A stretch of DNA of 64,000 nt from Amoeboaphelidium protococcarum X5. Its lineage: Eukaryota > Fungi > Aphelidiomycota. The stretch lies in assembly GCA_023515725.1 (NCBI GenBank), contig JALDTO010000266.1, positions 893,070 to 957,069 of the forward strand, given 5' to 3'. Shown here in pieces: positions 13,801 through 25,014 of this stretch. Both the position numbers and the translations under genes were made by a program. The notes under the pieces were generated by a model. The model made no database searches. It saw nothing but the letters and a program-made list of their open reading frames with translations, and was not told the origin of the DNA. Each line of letters opens with the position of its first letter. The stretch's first letter is position 1.

Positions 13801-14904
13801 CAAACTAAACCTCTAATGGAAACTAGCGCAAAACATCCGCTGACGTCGGCACAAAATGAGTATTACAATCTTTGCATTAATACCTGCATGTAGCTATGTA
13901 ATAACAATCTTCTAAGTCAACGATTCTTCGCAAATAGTCGGGAAACCCTTTTGGAACCACTGACCCCGATTAGCATGAAGGATTCGGACATGGGATCTTT
14001 AGATGAGGAAACATCACATCAGGTACAAATACAAACACTCTAGGATAGTAAAAATCATTTGGCTTCACTTAAAGTCCATCATTGATAGACTTAGTTATTG
14101 CCACAAGAGGATTAGGTGGTTCAATCCAAAACTACCACCTCTCACAGCTTTCATTACATTACTGTTGCGATCTTTAACTCTGGTAAAGACGGAAGCGAGA
14201 TACTCTGCAACAACAGAGCCAGCCTTAGGTTAAGCCAAATCATCATCAAATTCTTCAGACAGTTCATCTACTACCTGATTAGATTAGACGTCAGAGCGGA
14301 AGCCGCAGTTCAACTCCTCAAAATTATGGTCAGAGCCCTCCTACGGATCATCAATATCTCTTCCCTGATCTGACACTGGATCAATCTTTGCACTTTCATC
14401 ACTAGATGTTCCGACAGATAAAGTCTCAAACACCGGAGCTAAATTTGGCTAAGCAAGGGGGGCTAATCTACAGCATCAGCTGTTTCAACTGTGGGCGTTG
14501 CCTACAATCTACTGTCCGCAGAAGCTGCTTCAGAGGTTACAATCGGGACATTGATGAAAATATTAGGCTAATTTTAGTCATCATTGTCCACAATATCATC
14601 AGCCACGACTGCTTTGATCTTTTTGGAAGCTTATCTATCATTGTCAATAGAATCTGCAGCGGACTTTCTACCAGCACCAGCGCGTTTCCCTCCACGATAT
14701 TCTGGCAACTTGAATCTACATTTGCAGTATTAAAAACCATGCAATTATATAATTAGCTTACCTTGGCTCCTCCACAATCTTCTTCTTCCTACCAGAATTA
14801 AGTCTAGCCCCACCGCGACAGTACTTTTTTTTCTCAGCACCCAGTTGTTTTGGTCCCTCACCAGTCACAGCTTCGGGCTTAATCTTCAACCACTTATCCA
14901 TCAT
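10830..14904 (-). mobile_element. Zisupton/KDZ-like DNA transposase with inserted DEDDy (WRN-like) 3'-5' exonuclease; frameshifted as assembled
   Basis: Motifs in order: RGG..GRK basic motifs, Cys cluster (CPNPSC...RYQCKDC), FSVDHSFK, VMNEYEEI, YTDNFCND, exonuclease GLDFEW...YAAKDA, LLDSYHAMARI, YRCIRGTSDLERGIHQKL, C-terminal CKGC..CPG..C. One ~46-nt intron near 14716-14761; frameshifts at about 14460, 14130, 12982 and 11140. Confidence 0.75.
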
Positions 14905-15146
14905 GTCTCGTAGTTATTCTAAAAATGAGTTCTTTTTTATATCAGATTGCTGGCCTTGTTGGAATTCCGAAGCCTATTCTACACTAAATAAATAATAGCG
15001 GATGTGAGTGGGGAATAAAGATTACAGTGTTCTATTGTTTCAGCGTTTGTGACGTCGTTGCCATTGGTATTATCGACACGAGCGCGTTTCATTCTTCCCC
15101 CTCTCGCGCTCGCGCTTTTGCTTTTTACTGTTTACTGTCGGTGCGT

Positions 15147-17055
15147 TAGTCATAAGGTTGTCCAGTTTTGCAGAGGACGTGCTGTTCTCTTCCGGATAAG
15201 CTGATCAAAATGTTGGCCATCGTTCAAAAAGGACTAAGGCTGAAGACTAAAGAGTCCGGAATCTTCCATATGTCTAGCGCTTTGGTTATATCCACGATGC
15301 TATCCGTAATAAAGGCGTTGAAGCGTCGGCATTCGCTATAAATCATTACCATGATTAGTTTATTCACTTTGGTCATGATAGCTGGGCAGAGATGCTAGAA
15401 TCTTTAATAAGCTTTGTGAATACTTTTAATTGGGCGAGAGTGGCCAAGTTGTTTAAAAGCTTGATGATTTATGCAAAGATGATCCTAGCTTCTCAGATAT
15501 CTTGGATTACTACAGAGCGGTTCAGGAATTGGGTCACTAGTTGGATGTAAGCTCTCATCTTTAGCATGTGGTAGTTTGATTGATTGACCAGTGCTTATAC
15601 AACTCTCTGTCTGAAGAGGAAGAAGATTTCGGGAGCAATCATGTACGTCGACTTCATTAGCTTTTATTTATACCTGGTGGGTTATAGCCGTATTTGCGTT
15701 AATATCTGTCTTATAATTGGGTACGCTCGTAGTTTGAAGGTATCATAGTTTTAAATGATATCCTGATCGCTTGGCTTATAGTTGAAAGGCTTGCAGCGTA
15801 TGAGAATCCAGACAGTTTGTCGTTGGTGTGTGAAAAAATTGTAGACAAGCTAAATGGTGGACTTCTTGATGAAGCGATGTATTTACTCACTGCACTCATT
15901 TCATCAGATTGTGCTCGTGATTACTTGTCGTGCCACCTAAAGATTAAGAGATTCCATGTATCTAAAGCGGCTCTCTGTAAACTGTTGATTAATATGCTTG
16001 AAACTGATTACATGGTTATAGACGCACGTTATTATAGTCTGTCTAAAGCTTTTGAAGTATTTGAGCCTATCTTGGTGGATATGAAATAGGAATTTATCTC
16101 TAAAGTTATCATAGCGTTCAGTAGAGCTCATGAAACGATTAAAGATTTTCATCAATGCCCAGAACATTAGTAATTAGTGCGCGTTGTCAATGCCTTAGGA
16201 GGAGCGAGAGGATTTGAATAGTTTATAATGTCGTTAGGTCCACTCATTCTATCTCAATGCCATCCCTGTGTTCTGAATTGTCTCTTCTATGAATACCGTT
16301 CAGATTATGAGGCAGAGTTGGCTGACTAGATTTTCATTAAATTATTGTCTGAGTACGCTAAATTAGAAGATGTATAGAAAGCAGCTGAATCTCTAACTCT
16401 GTATCTAGACGAATAGATGGATGAAGATATTGAAACTGTAGGCATTTAGCTGAAAATGTATTTCCTCATGATCAACTTTAATAGATTTGCTAACACTTAA
16501 GCTCCGATCATATTGAGGCTTTGGATATTTGCGTATAATTTCAAAGTCCTTGGATTTAGGAGATTGATAATATTGCTCAATCGATCCAATACCCTGACAA
16601 TATCACTCAGATTGTCCAAATTGCCAAGGAGCATTGCAATATGCTAAGTAAAGCACCAGAGCGCGTAAAAAGTTAATTCTTGTCGCTGATTTTTCAGGAA
16701 GTTTTAAAGCATCCATAATGAGAATTCACGTAAGTTCCAACTTTTTGAATATCTGCCGTATTCTGCCATGAAAGAGAATGTTATACTTGAATAGTTTATA
16801 ATGGTGTATAAAATGGGTAAGTTACTGATTACGTTGACTGGGAAATATTTCCCTTCAGAGTCTGGTCTTGTCAAAGGCTTCTTCAATTATGTCCGATCTG
16901 ACAAGGTTCCTCGTAAATGCTATAGTAAACTGGTAAAGACATTTGCCAAGTGTGTGATGTAAAATGGTTCAGACAGTCTCAAGGATTTAACTTAAGAGCT
17001 GGCTGACGAGTATGACTATGACATTGACATGGATGATCGTTGTGGCTACTAATGA
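15147..17055 (+). pseudogene. F-box-like family copy 4, 5'-truncated next to the transposon
   Basis: Starts mid-protein (..PYVQRFGYIHDA), DKLNGGLLDEAMYLL, FQLFEYLPYSAMKE, SGLVKGFFNYVRSDKVP; lacks the N-terminal F-box region; internal frameshifts. Confidence 0.75.
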
Positions 17056-17184
17056 TTCGGATGTTGATATTACTGCATACTAATAAACGTGTTTGTTCTG
17101 ATTCGCATCAAATTTTATGGTACAGATCCGTGAGCGACTTTATTATTATCTCCAAGTAGAAAAAGTTCAAGCTATCGCCCAGCA

Positions 17185-17310
17185 GTTCACTACTTTCTCA
17201 TATCAGATTCGTAAATCCAACCTAGCAGAGAAGAGGCACGCCGGTCAGCTTTTAACAGCGAGATGAACATGATCTTGTCTTACTCAGACTAGTCCATTAT
17301 ACTACTTATC
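17185..17310 (-). pseudogene. Short remnant paralogous to the Crinkler-like gene at 20244-21872
   Basis: High nucleotide similarity to ~20820-20940 (e.g. tcagcttttaacagcgagatgaacatga shared). Confidence 0.8.
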
Positions 17311-17436
17311 ATCATTATAGATCAGAGACAAGCGCGCCGGAGACCCCTTTATCAATATCTTGTCAACTCCTCAATGTTGATAAATTGAGAGGAGAGAGAG
17401 AGTTAAGCCATCCAACAGAAAAATTATCTTTAAGGC

Positions 17437-19810
17437 ATGATGTCTAATCTCACGAATCTTCTCTAGCTGCCCACGACTACTTTGCATTAATACCTGAGGC
17501 CTGTGGATCTATTGGAATTGTGTATTAGCTGCAAAGAATGCCGTGACACCATTCTTAAGTAAAGATTGCCTCTTTTTAAGGTGTACTTTTGGTACTATGG
17601 CCCTCTGATTGCTGCGGACCGCATCAGACATCATGCGTACCTCCAGCTAACGTCTAAATAAGATTACAGACACTTCCTCCATTCTTATATTAAACATTTT
17701 CCGGTTCTATTAGACTTTGCAAGGCACCGTTACGTCAATGAAAACGAAGAGACTTTCATATTAGATATAGCATGAAGAAATGCCATCAAGGAGTTTTATC
17801 CCTCTAATACGAAAAGTTCTATTAGGAAGGGTAAGTACGAGCAAATAAGGTTTAAGAAATGGTCAGATTTGTATAGTAAGAACGAAATATATTGTACAGA
17901 TAGCAAAGACTTGGTGCTGGCTTCATCTCAGCTTGACTTGATTATATCATTATTTGGCATAGTTGCGAAAGAGTTCTGGTATCCCGGGACTGAACAAGAT
18001 CCTCCTGTTATGTCGGTTTTTGGTTATTATCACGATGCTATAAAGAACTTCTGGCTTGATGCTCTGATGATTGTCGTAAATAAAGAATTTGATGCCCGAG
18101 ACTATGATCATTGTAGGTCATTGAGCCGGGCTTTTAATCGAATTTCTGGCTCGGTTCACCGCCTTGACGTATTTATCGGTCGAATATGCGATTACTGTTG
18201 CCTTGGTACATGCGATGAAGTGAGAGAGAAATTGTTCAATTACTTGGAAGTTTCTCCCCATTTCTGTGGACTCTATGCGTATCTTAATATTCTCAAGTAA
18301 CAAGACTTGATCGATGATAGTAAGAACCCAAAATAGTTCTTTTCTGAATTAGTGATGAAGATTTTGAACCACCCTGGCCAATCGAATCTTATTTCAAATG
18401 GTCTTCACCGATTTTGGTTGATCAGAAATTATATGCAAATTTCTAATAAATTTGGTCAACTATTAACGCGTCATTTGTCTACTGAGTGGATTCTCCAATA
18501 GATCGAAGAAGTGGAAGTTGCGTCTAGCATTGAATGGGGATGGGCTGTGTTGTCTCTACTAAAGTTGTACAAGAATGTTACTGAGATTAATGGTATTTAC
18601 AGCTTGATTGTCATCGAAAAGCTCAACAATGGTCTGGCAGTAGAGGCCATGAATTTGTTTATTGCTTTATATTCTTCCAAGGCTGAATACGCGTTTGAAT
18701 GTGATACAGAACTGCTCTCTGATTCTGCAGTGTAAACGTTAGTCCAAGTGCTGGAATCACTATTGGAAAGTTAGATTGTACTTTGGAATGCTGTAGATTT
18801 TCAGATAGGGAAACCATTTTTATCTGCTGAGAAGTTCTTACTAGATCATAGATAATTTTTCATATGCAAGACTATATCAATGTTTAACCGAGTTCGCTGT
18901 AATGTAATGTATGATTGTACCGGGTTGCATGATTAAGTGAAAATGATTGTTGAAAGTCTTGGTGGACTAAAGAAATTTACAAAGTATGTGCTAAGTATTC
19001 AGCCAGACGTATTTAGTGGACTGAATTATTGCCTTTTCATGGATATTCTATGCGATCACATCCCTCTTCATGATCAAATTACTCTAGAGGAAGTTTCCGT
19101 CCATATGGTGGAATTATGTTTTCAATAGACTCACTTCTGCCCTGACATTCTAGCTTAATACTTTGAAAATATGTACAGGTGTAACGCGTACTCCCCGGTG
19201 GCTTGCTAGAAACTATTAAAGATTGCTGATTATGAGTAGTTAGAGTGGCTATTCAACTATTTTAGTCAAGATGAGATAGTTGCTTTGAATATAGGATCAC
19301 GGTTCTTGCAGCCGTGGGTTAGTAAATTGATTAAGATTGAAGAAGACTCTTAATTCCCAGATAACATCATATAGATTGTGCAAATTTGCCATACAAATGA
19401 TAAAAATTTATATTTTGCTCCCACTAGCGTTCGCAGAATTCTGGCTCGCTGCATCAGTAATGCCGTCTTGCTATAGCCGGAGCACAGTACATCTAGATAC
19501 TGGTTCTTTTGAAGGATTGCCACTTTTAATTATGCAGGAAAGAATCATACTGAGAATTTATATTGATATTTGGCCTCATGCAATACTAGCGTCTCAGAGT
19601 TTAAGAGTCTATGGGTATGAGGAGCTGGTTCGTGGCTTCTTTCATTGCATTGAGTCTAATGAACTTTTGCCTCAGGAGAGAGTATCGCTGATCTAGTCGT
19701 TCTGTCAAGAGGCTGCGGATGCTAATAATGATGCCTTGTTGGATGTGGCCTTGACGTTGGTAGAGCAGTCAAAGATCATTTCCATGGATGATTTGGAGCC
19801 TATAAGGTGA
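17437..19810 (+). pseudogene. F-box-like family copy 5 (near full length; one nonsense codon, one frameshift)
   Basis: MMSNLTNLLQLPTTTLHQYLRPVDLLELCISCKECRDTIL; TGA at 17773-17775 at a family-conserved Trp; extra T at 19507-19510; ends TGA 19808-19810. Confidence 0.8.
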
Positions 19811-19943
19811 TACATTTGTAATACATTTGATAATCCGATTTTATATCTTAATTTTAATAACTGGAGGGCCACATTTCGTTTTATCTCTCTCTCCTTTAAA
19901 ATCTGTGACAGCTTTGACGCGTCGATTTGTCACTCTCAAACTT

Positions 19944-20165
19944 ATGAACGCGGCATCTATACTTGAACTCTTACTACTTCAGGACTCAAAACTTTATGGT
20001 TATTTACGGCCTGTAGATTTATTGCAGTCGAAATTGTCATGTCGCGATGGTCAAGATATAATGTTGGGGTAAAAGTCTCTAATTCGTCGCACTTATTGGA
20101 AGCACTGTATTACGGACCAATGTTGGCAGTCTATAGCTGAAGAGTGTCAGTGATTATATGATGAG
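19944..20165 (+). pseudogene. F-box-like family copy 6, 5' fragment
   Basis: MNAASILELLLLQDSKLYGYLRPVDLLQSKLSCRDGQDIMLGQKSLIRRTYWK, then degraded YYGP region; similarity ends near 20165. Confidence 0.75.
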
Positions 20166-20243
20166 TCGCCTAAAGATTTAGATATTTTATATTCCCAATA
20201 TTTTTCATGAGATTTTATTTAATTCATAAAATGCAGCTAGAGT

Positions 20244-21872
20244 TCAATTAGTGTATTTATAATCCAGATCGGACACGAGCAGGAACTAGGAAATCTTACT
20301 CAGCAAAGACTTGTTGCCTTCAACTAAACGAAACCTCTTCACGGCATTAACAAAGATTTACTGCTTTACAACGCCTTCCTCCACTCCATTTATTAGTTCA
20401 GACGCAGTATTATACCCATGATTGGCCAGAGACGCAGCTCTTTTTATGCCTATTCCAGACAGACTTTCGACAGGACAATTTTCAATCGATCTCATTTCTG
20501 GCTCAATTTTGCGCGCCTTAAAATCATCCATACCTTTGCAGACTACGAACACCAGATTTATCTTCAAATCTTTTCTATCAGCATAACCTTCTTTAACCAG
20601 AAATTCAATCAAAGAGCCAGACTTTACATCGTGATTATAATTAAGTGTGATCTAGAACAAATAAAGTTGATTAGGAGCAAGTTCCAACAACCCATCAAAA
20701 ACAGGACAATTTTACGAATGGACGTGTTTGTACTGATTCGCACCAAAGTCTAATGCCACAGATCCGCCAACAGCTGGAGAATCCTCAAGAGGCAGGAGTT
20801 CAAACTATCCTCCAGAGGTCAACTACTTTCTTATATCAGATTCGAAAATCCAACCTAGAAGAGAGGATGCTCGCGGATCAGCTTTTAACAGCGAGATGAA
20901 CATGACCTTGTCGTGCTCAGAGTAGTCAATTATACTTTTTTAAACTTCATCTGCCACATAAGCAGAACAAAACTGCAGCTTATACATCCTCAGGGTAGTA
21001 AACGCGCCAAATTCAGGTTTCATAAAGAGCATTAGATGAACGACTTCTTTCGAATTAGCGTTAAACACCACAAAGTCATTCAATTAGGAATAAGACTTGA
21101 TACCTCGACATTCCGCTTGGAGTTCCTAGATATAATCTTAAACCTAATCAGGATCCAATGTCAGGCAAATACGCGCAGTGCCACCAACTAACGAATATCT
21201 TCTCTCAACCTCCGCTTGGCCAATATCCAAATTTAATATGTCGCGCGCCTCGAGCAACTCATCCAGAGACCAAAAAGGCATGTAGTAAATAGCAGGTGCA
21301 CTTTTGCTACTGGATTTGAGCCAGCTATAGTTCGGACTAGTAAAGCAAATCATTTGTGTCCTGTGTGGAAAAGAAAAAGGAGGCCCATCGTACAGATGAA
21401 TAGCATCCGGATAATCAGTGATGAGATCCCTTGCGTCAATTTTTTTCAACTCGCCATTTGCGCTTCTAGCATGCTGAATCTCCTGAGCCCCATCTCTCAA
21501 TCCCTTATGTGGCGGATAAACGACGACTTCTAACAAATTTCTACCCCCATCAAAAGCGGCAGCCACAATCTGCTTGAAAGGATATGATTCGCGATACTTT
21601 TAAAAGAAATGAGCATAAAATACAGACTTGCCAATACCTGGAGTTCCGCTTACAGTAGTAATAAACTTTTTCTTGTCCAAGGTTTGGATGAGATATTCAT
21701 AATACTCATCATAGCAGTCGCGAATGTAATATTTAGAAAAGGCAGCCTGGTTAGACTATGGCAGCTAGAGCTGAGCAGGGGTCATGTCGAATACAGACTA
21801 CGCCATCATACTATCATAGGTAGCATTGAAGGCACGCGCGTCATAGGTCCTATTCAAATTCTAATCTTCCAT
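20244..21872 (-). CDS. Crinkler/RHS-type P-loop NTPase + PD-(D/E)xK-fold nuclease + helix-hairpin-helix protein, 542 aa
   Basis: Intact intronless ORF (TAR=Gln): YYIRDCY, Walker A GTPGIGKS, HLYDGP, FTSPN, YYMPFWSLDEL, GGTAR, GWIFE, NCPVFDG..LFQIT..H, HhH LSGIGIKRAASL. Confidence 0.8.
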
Positions 21873-21964
21873 ATTTTATTCAGTAAAAAAATAAGTGTAT
21901 CGTTTAACTCAGTGTTGTTAAAAAAATGTTTTGGTTAAAAGAAAGAAAAGAAGAAGGAGAAATT

Positions 21965-23435
21965 GTGGGACATTTAACAAGTAATAGAATAGATCTTGAA
22001 GAGAACCATCACAAACCTCTGTTGATAGAAATATTAACTAATTATCAATCATCACAATCAAATACCCGTAACTTAGTACGATAACAAGAAGTGGTAGAGA
22101 ATTCATGAGAGTTTGTAAATATCTGATGCTCTTCAAGACGTTATATACGATTGTTTGACTCATGGCCAAGTGTGGGATTTTATTTGGTCAATCGTATCTG
22201 ATGGATTTCTTTCACAATAAAGTTAAAGATGGGCTTGTGGATGAAGCGGCTAATTGGCTTATGGCTGTTCTGACTTATAAACCTTTAGGAGAATATTTGT
22301 CTGAATATCTAAAAGTTGAGTTATTCAATGACTACAAGGATGTCATCGCCCAAGTATTTGACAAGTTGGCAGGCACTCCAGAAGTTTTGAAAAATGCACG
22401 ATTCTTTGATCTTGCTATGGCTTTTAGCTTATTTAGCAGTTTACTGGCCGATGCATAGCTATAGCTGCAGATACTGTAGAAAATCATTTTTACGTTAATT
22501 ATGGTACATGATAACATTAGAGATGCGTTAGAGTGTTTTAATCACAGTCAGTGGATGACCATTGTCCATTGTCTGGGAAAGGTGAAAACCTTTACATTGT
22601 TTATACTAAATATGGACGCAAATACGCTCTCTTAATGTCACTGTTGCGTATTGGCTCAAGTTATGCATACATACGTATCCAATTACAGGTAGAGAGAGTA
22701 GAACGATAAGCTGAGTATTCATTTACTGCACTTGTATAAGAAATTGGGGATTTTGAAAAGACTGCCGCGTTTTTGAGTGCGCTATACATTGATCATATGT
22801 CTTCTGATGCTGTCGTACAAGTAATGAAGACTTTGTACTGTGCAGAAGATTTGCATTAGATTTAATCCCAATTATATGATGACTGCGTAGATGCTTTTCG
22901 ACTGGGACCAGCATATCACGATACGTGGTTTCAAATGGTAAACACCGCCGCTGAAGAGTTGCCATTCCCCTAGAATATCATCACAATTGTCCAACTAGCT
23001 ACTGAGAACTGTGGTGAATTCATGCAAGCTCCTGATTGTGTAGTGAATACTTAAGTTCAGGTGATTTAAAGTGCCATAACAAGGCCGCTAGAGGAACGTA
23101 CCCCCAGGTTCTACTTTTTTGACGGAGTGCCTTATTTTGTGATGAAGGAGAAACTGGTGATTCAATATTACATTTTAATGTGGTCATTATGTCAGAGGAT
23201 GTAAGATCAGCCTTGTATGAACAGTAATATGCTACCTGACGATTCGAAACTTGTCTATGGATTCTTCGAATATATCCATTCTAGTCAGGTTCCAGAGTTA
23301 GATCAATAGCAAATGGTGGAAACTTTTGTCAAATATGTTGATTTTGGGAATCGCGATAGTATGAAGACTTTGGCCAAATCGTAAGCACAAGAGCATGGGT
23401 ATCAAGTTATTGCAAATGGTATTGGATTTTTCTGA
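21965..23435 (+). pseudogene. F-box-like family copy 6, 3' fragment (start approximate)
   Basis: HESLQISDALQDVIYDCLT, KVKDGLVDEAANWL, PRFYFFDGVPYFVMKEKLVI, SKLVYGFFEYIHS; internal deletion and frameshifts; TGA 23433-23435. Confidence 0.75.
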
Positions 23436-23761
23436 CTCTTCCGATTTAATATCTCTTCCGTTACTATCTCATTTAAAGATTTTTACGCGCTTTACTGTAA
23501 ATACTGTATTATTATTATACCATTTCATTAGTCTCTATTTAAAAACGCTTTGTAGACTTGTTTGAGACTGCTGATGTGCCTCCAATCAATATTGAATTCA
23601 ACTTTTAGCTTGTTGTTTCAATGCTAGTGACGGATATTAGGAAGGAGCAAGCGCACTGTGAAACTTCATCTGATTCTAACGCGGGTTACGCCTTGATAAA
23701 TAATTGTTACAACTGAACTAAGTTTTACGAGTGTCTGTTTTTTAGTTGATAATCACCAAAA

Positions 23762-24824
23762 ATGTCCCAAAAAGAATGAAAATCAATTACTCTCTGAAGT
23801 TAAACAGTATTATGGCAAGACTTTAAAGACGACTAAAGATTTACAAACCTCAGCTTGTACGGCCGCGTGCACTCCACTTCCATCTTCAGTTCACCACGCG
23901 TTGAAGAATGTTCCGGATAAAATTATTGAGAAATTCTATGGTTGCGGTACCCCAATTCCACTTGGTATAGAGGGACTGACGGTACTGGATTTGGGTTCCG
24001 GTAGTGGGCGCGACTGTTATGTGCTGTCTCAGCTGGTTGGAGCTCAAGGCAAAGTGATTGGTCTGGACATGACGAAGGAGTAGTTGGAAGTTGCTCGTGA
24101 GTGCATGCCTGACTTTGAGGCCAAGATTGGATTCAAGAATATAGAGTTCCGTCATGGTTACATTGAGAGCTTAACTCAACATGATATTGCAGAAGAGTCC
24201 GTGGATTTGATCGTCTCCAATTGCGTCGTTAATCTATCACCACGCAAAGACCTGGTATTACAAGAAGTTTGGAAGGTGTTAAAATATGGTGGTGAGCTTT
24301 ACTTTAGTGATGTGTATGCTGACCGCCGTGTTAGTGAACTAGCTCGCAATGATGAAATATTGTGGGGAGAATGCATATCCGGTGCTCTGTACTACAATGA
24401 TTTCTTAGACATCGCCAAGTCGGTAGGATTCAAAGATGTCAGACGCGTATCAATCTCTGAAATTGCCATTGATGACAAATGTAGAAATATTACTGGGAAC
24501 ACCAAGTTTTACTCCGTCACGTATTGTCTGTTCAAGTTGCGTGAAATGGATAATCGCTGTGAAGATTATGGACAGATTGTCAAGTACTTGAGCACCGTGG
24601 GTGGTCAACCGCTAGGCTATCAGCTCGATGAAGATCATTACTTTGAAGCTGGTAAATGGGTCAGTGTCTGTGGCAATACGGCGGCAATGCTCAGCGAAAG
24701 CTGGCTAGGAAAGTACTTTACAATCACGGGTGATAAATCTATCCATTATGGCGTGTTTCCTGATTGTGGTAGTAGCGCTGCATTCAATTAAAAACCTTAA
24801 ATGAAACTGGGCGGTTGCTGCTGA
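23762..24824 (+). CDS. AS3MT: Arsenite S-adenosylmethionine methyltransferase (ArsM/AS3MT)
   Basis: YYGKTL..DLQTSAC, FYGCG, LDLGSGSGRD, DMTKEQLEVAR, SNCVVNL, WGECISGALY, C-terminal GGCC then TGA. ATG 23762 is one base out of frame (A5 run at 23769-23773), so the start is uncertain. Confidence 0.9.
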
Positions 24825-25014
24825 TCTGATCTGATATTATATTTTATTAATCTAAAGAGAGAACTTTCTCTATCTGTAATTATTCGACATATTAATCTAA
24901 TAAATTATTCTACTATCTTATTTTAGTCAGAGGGATAAGCGTTGACACGAATTTATTCAGTTGGACGGTGTGGGTGATCAAAACAAGTTATGATTAACGA
25001 AACGCGTCTGAACT

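Noticed and set aside
291-17775. TGA at Trp positions (291, 17773) suggesting TGA=Trp or A-to-I repair of stops
   Set aside because: Both copies also carry frameshifts, TGG>TGA is a common transition, and no housekeeping gene has an internal TGA.
22156-22158. Apparent third TGA-for-Trp in copy 6
   Set aside because: The homologous reading upstream is in another frame; an internal deletion explains it.
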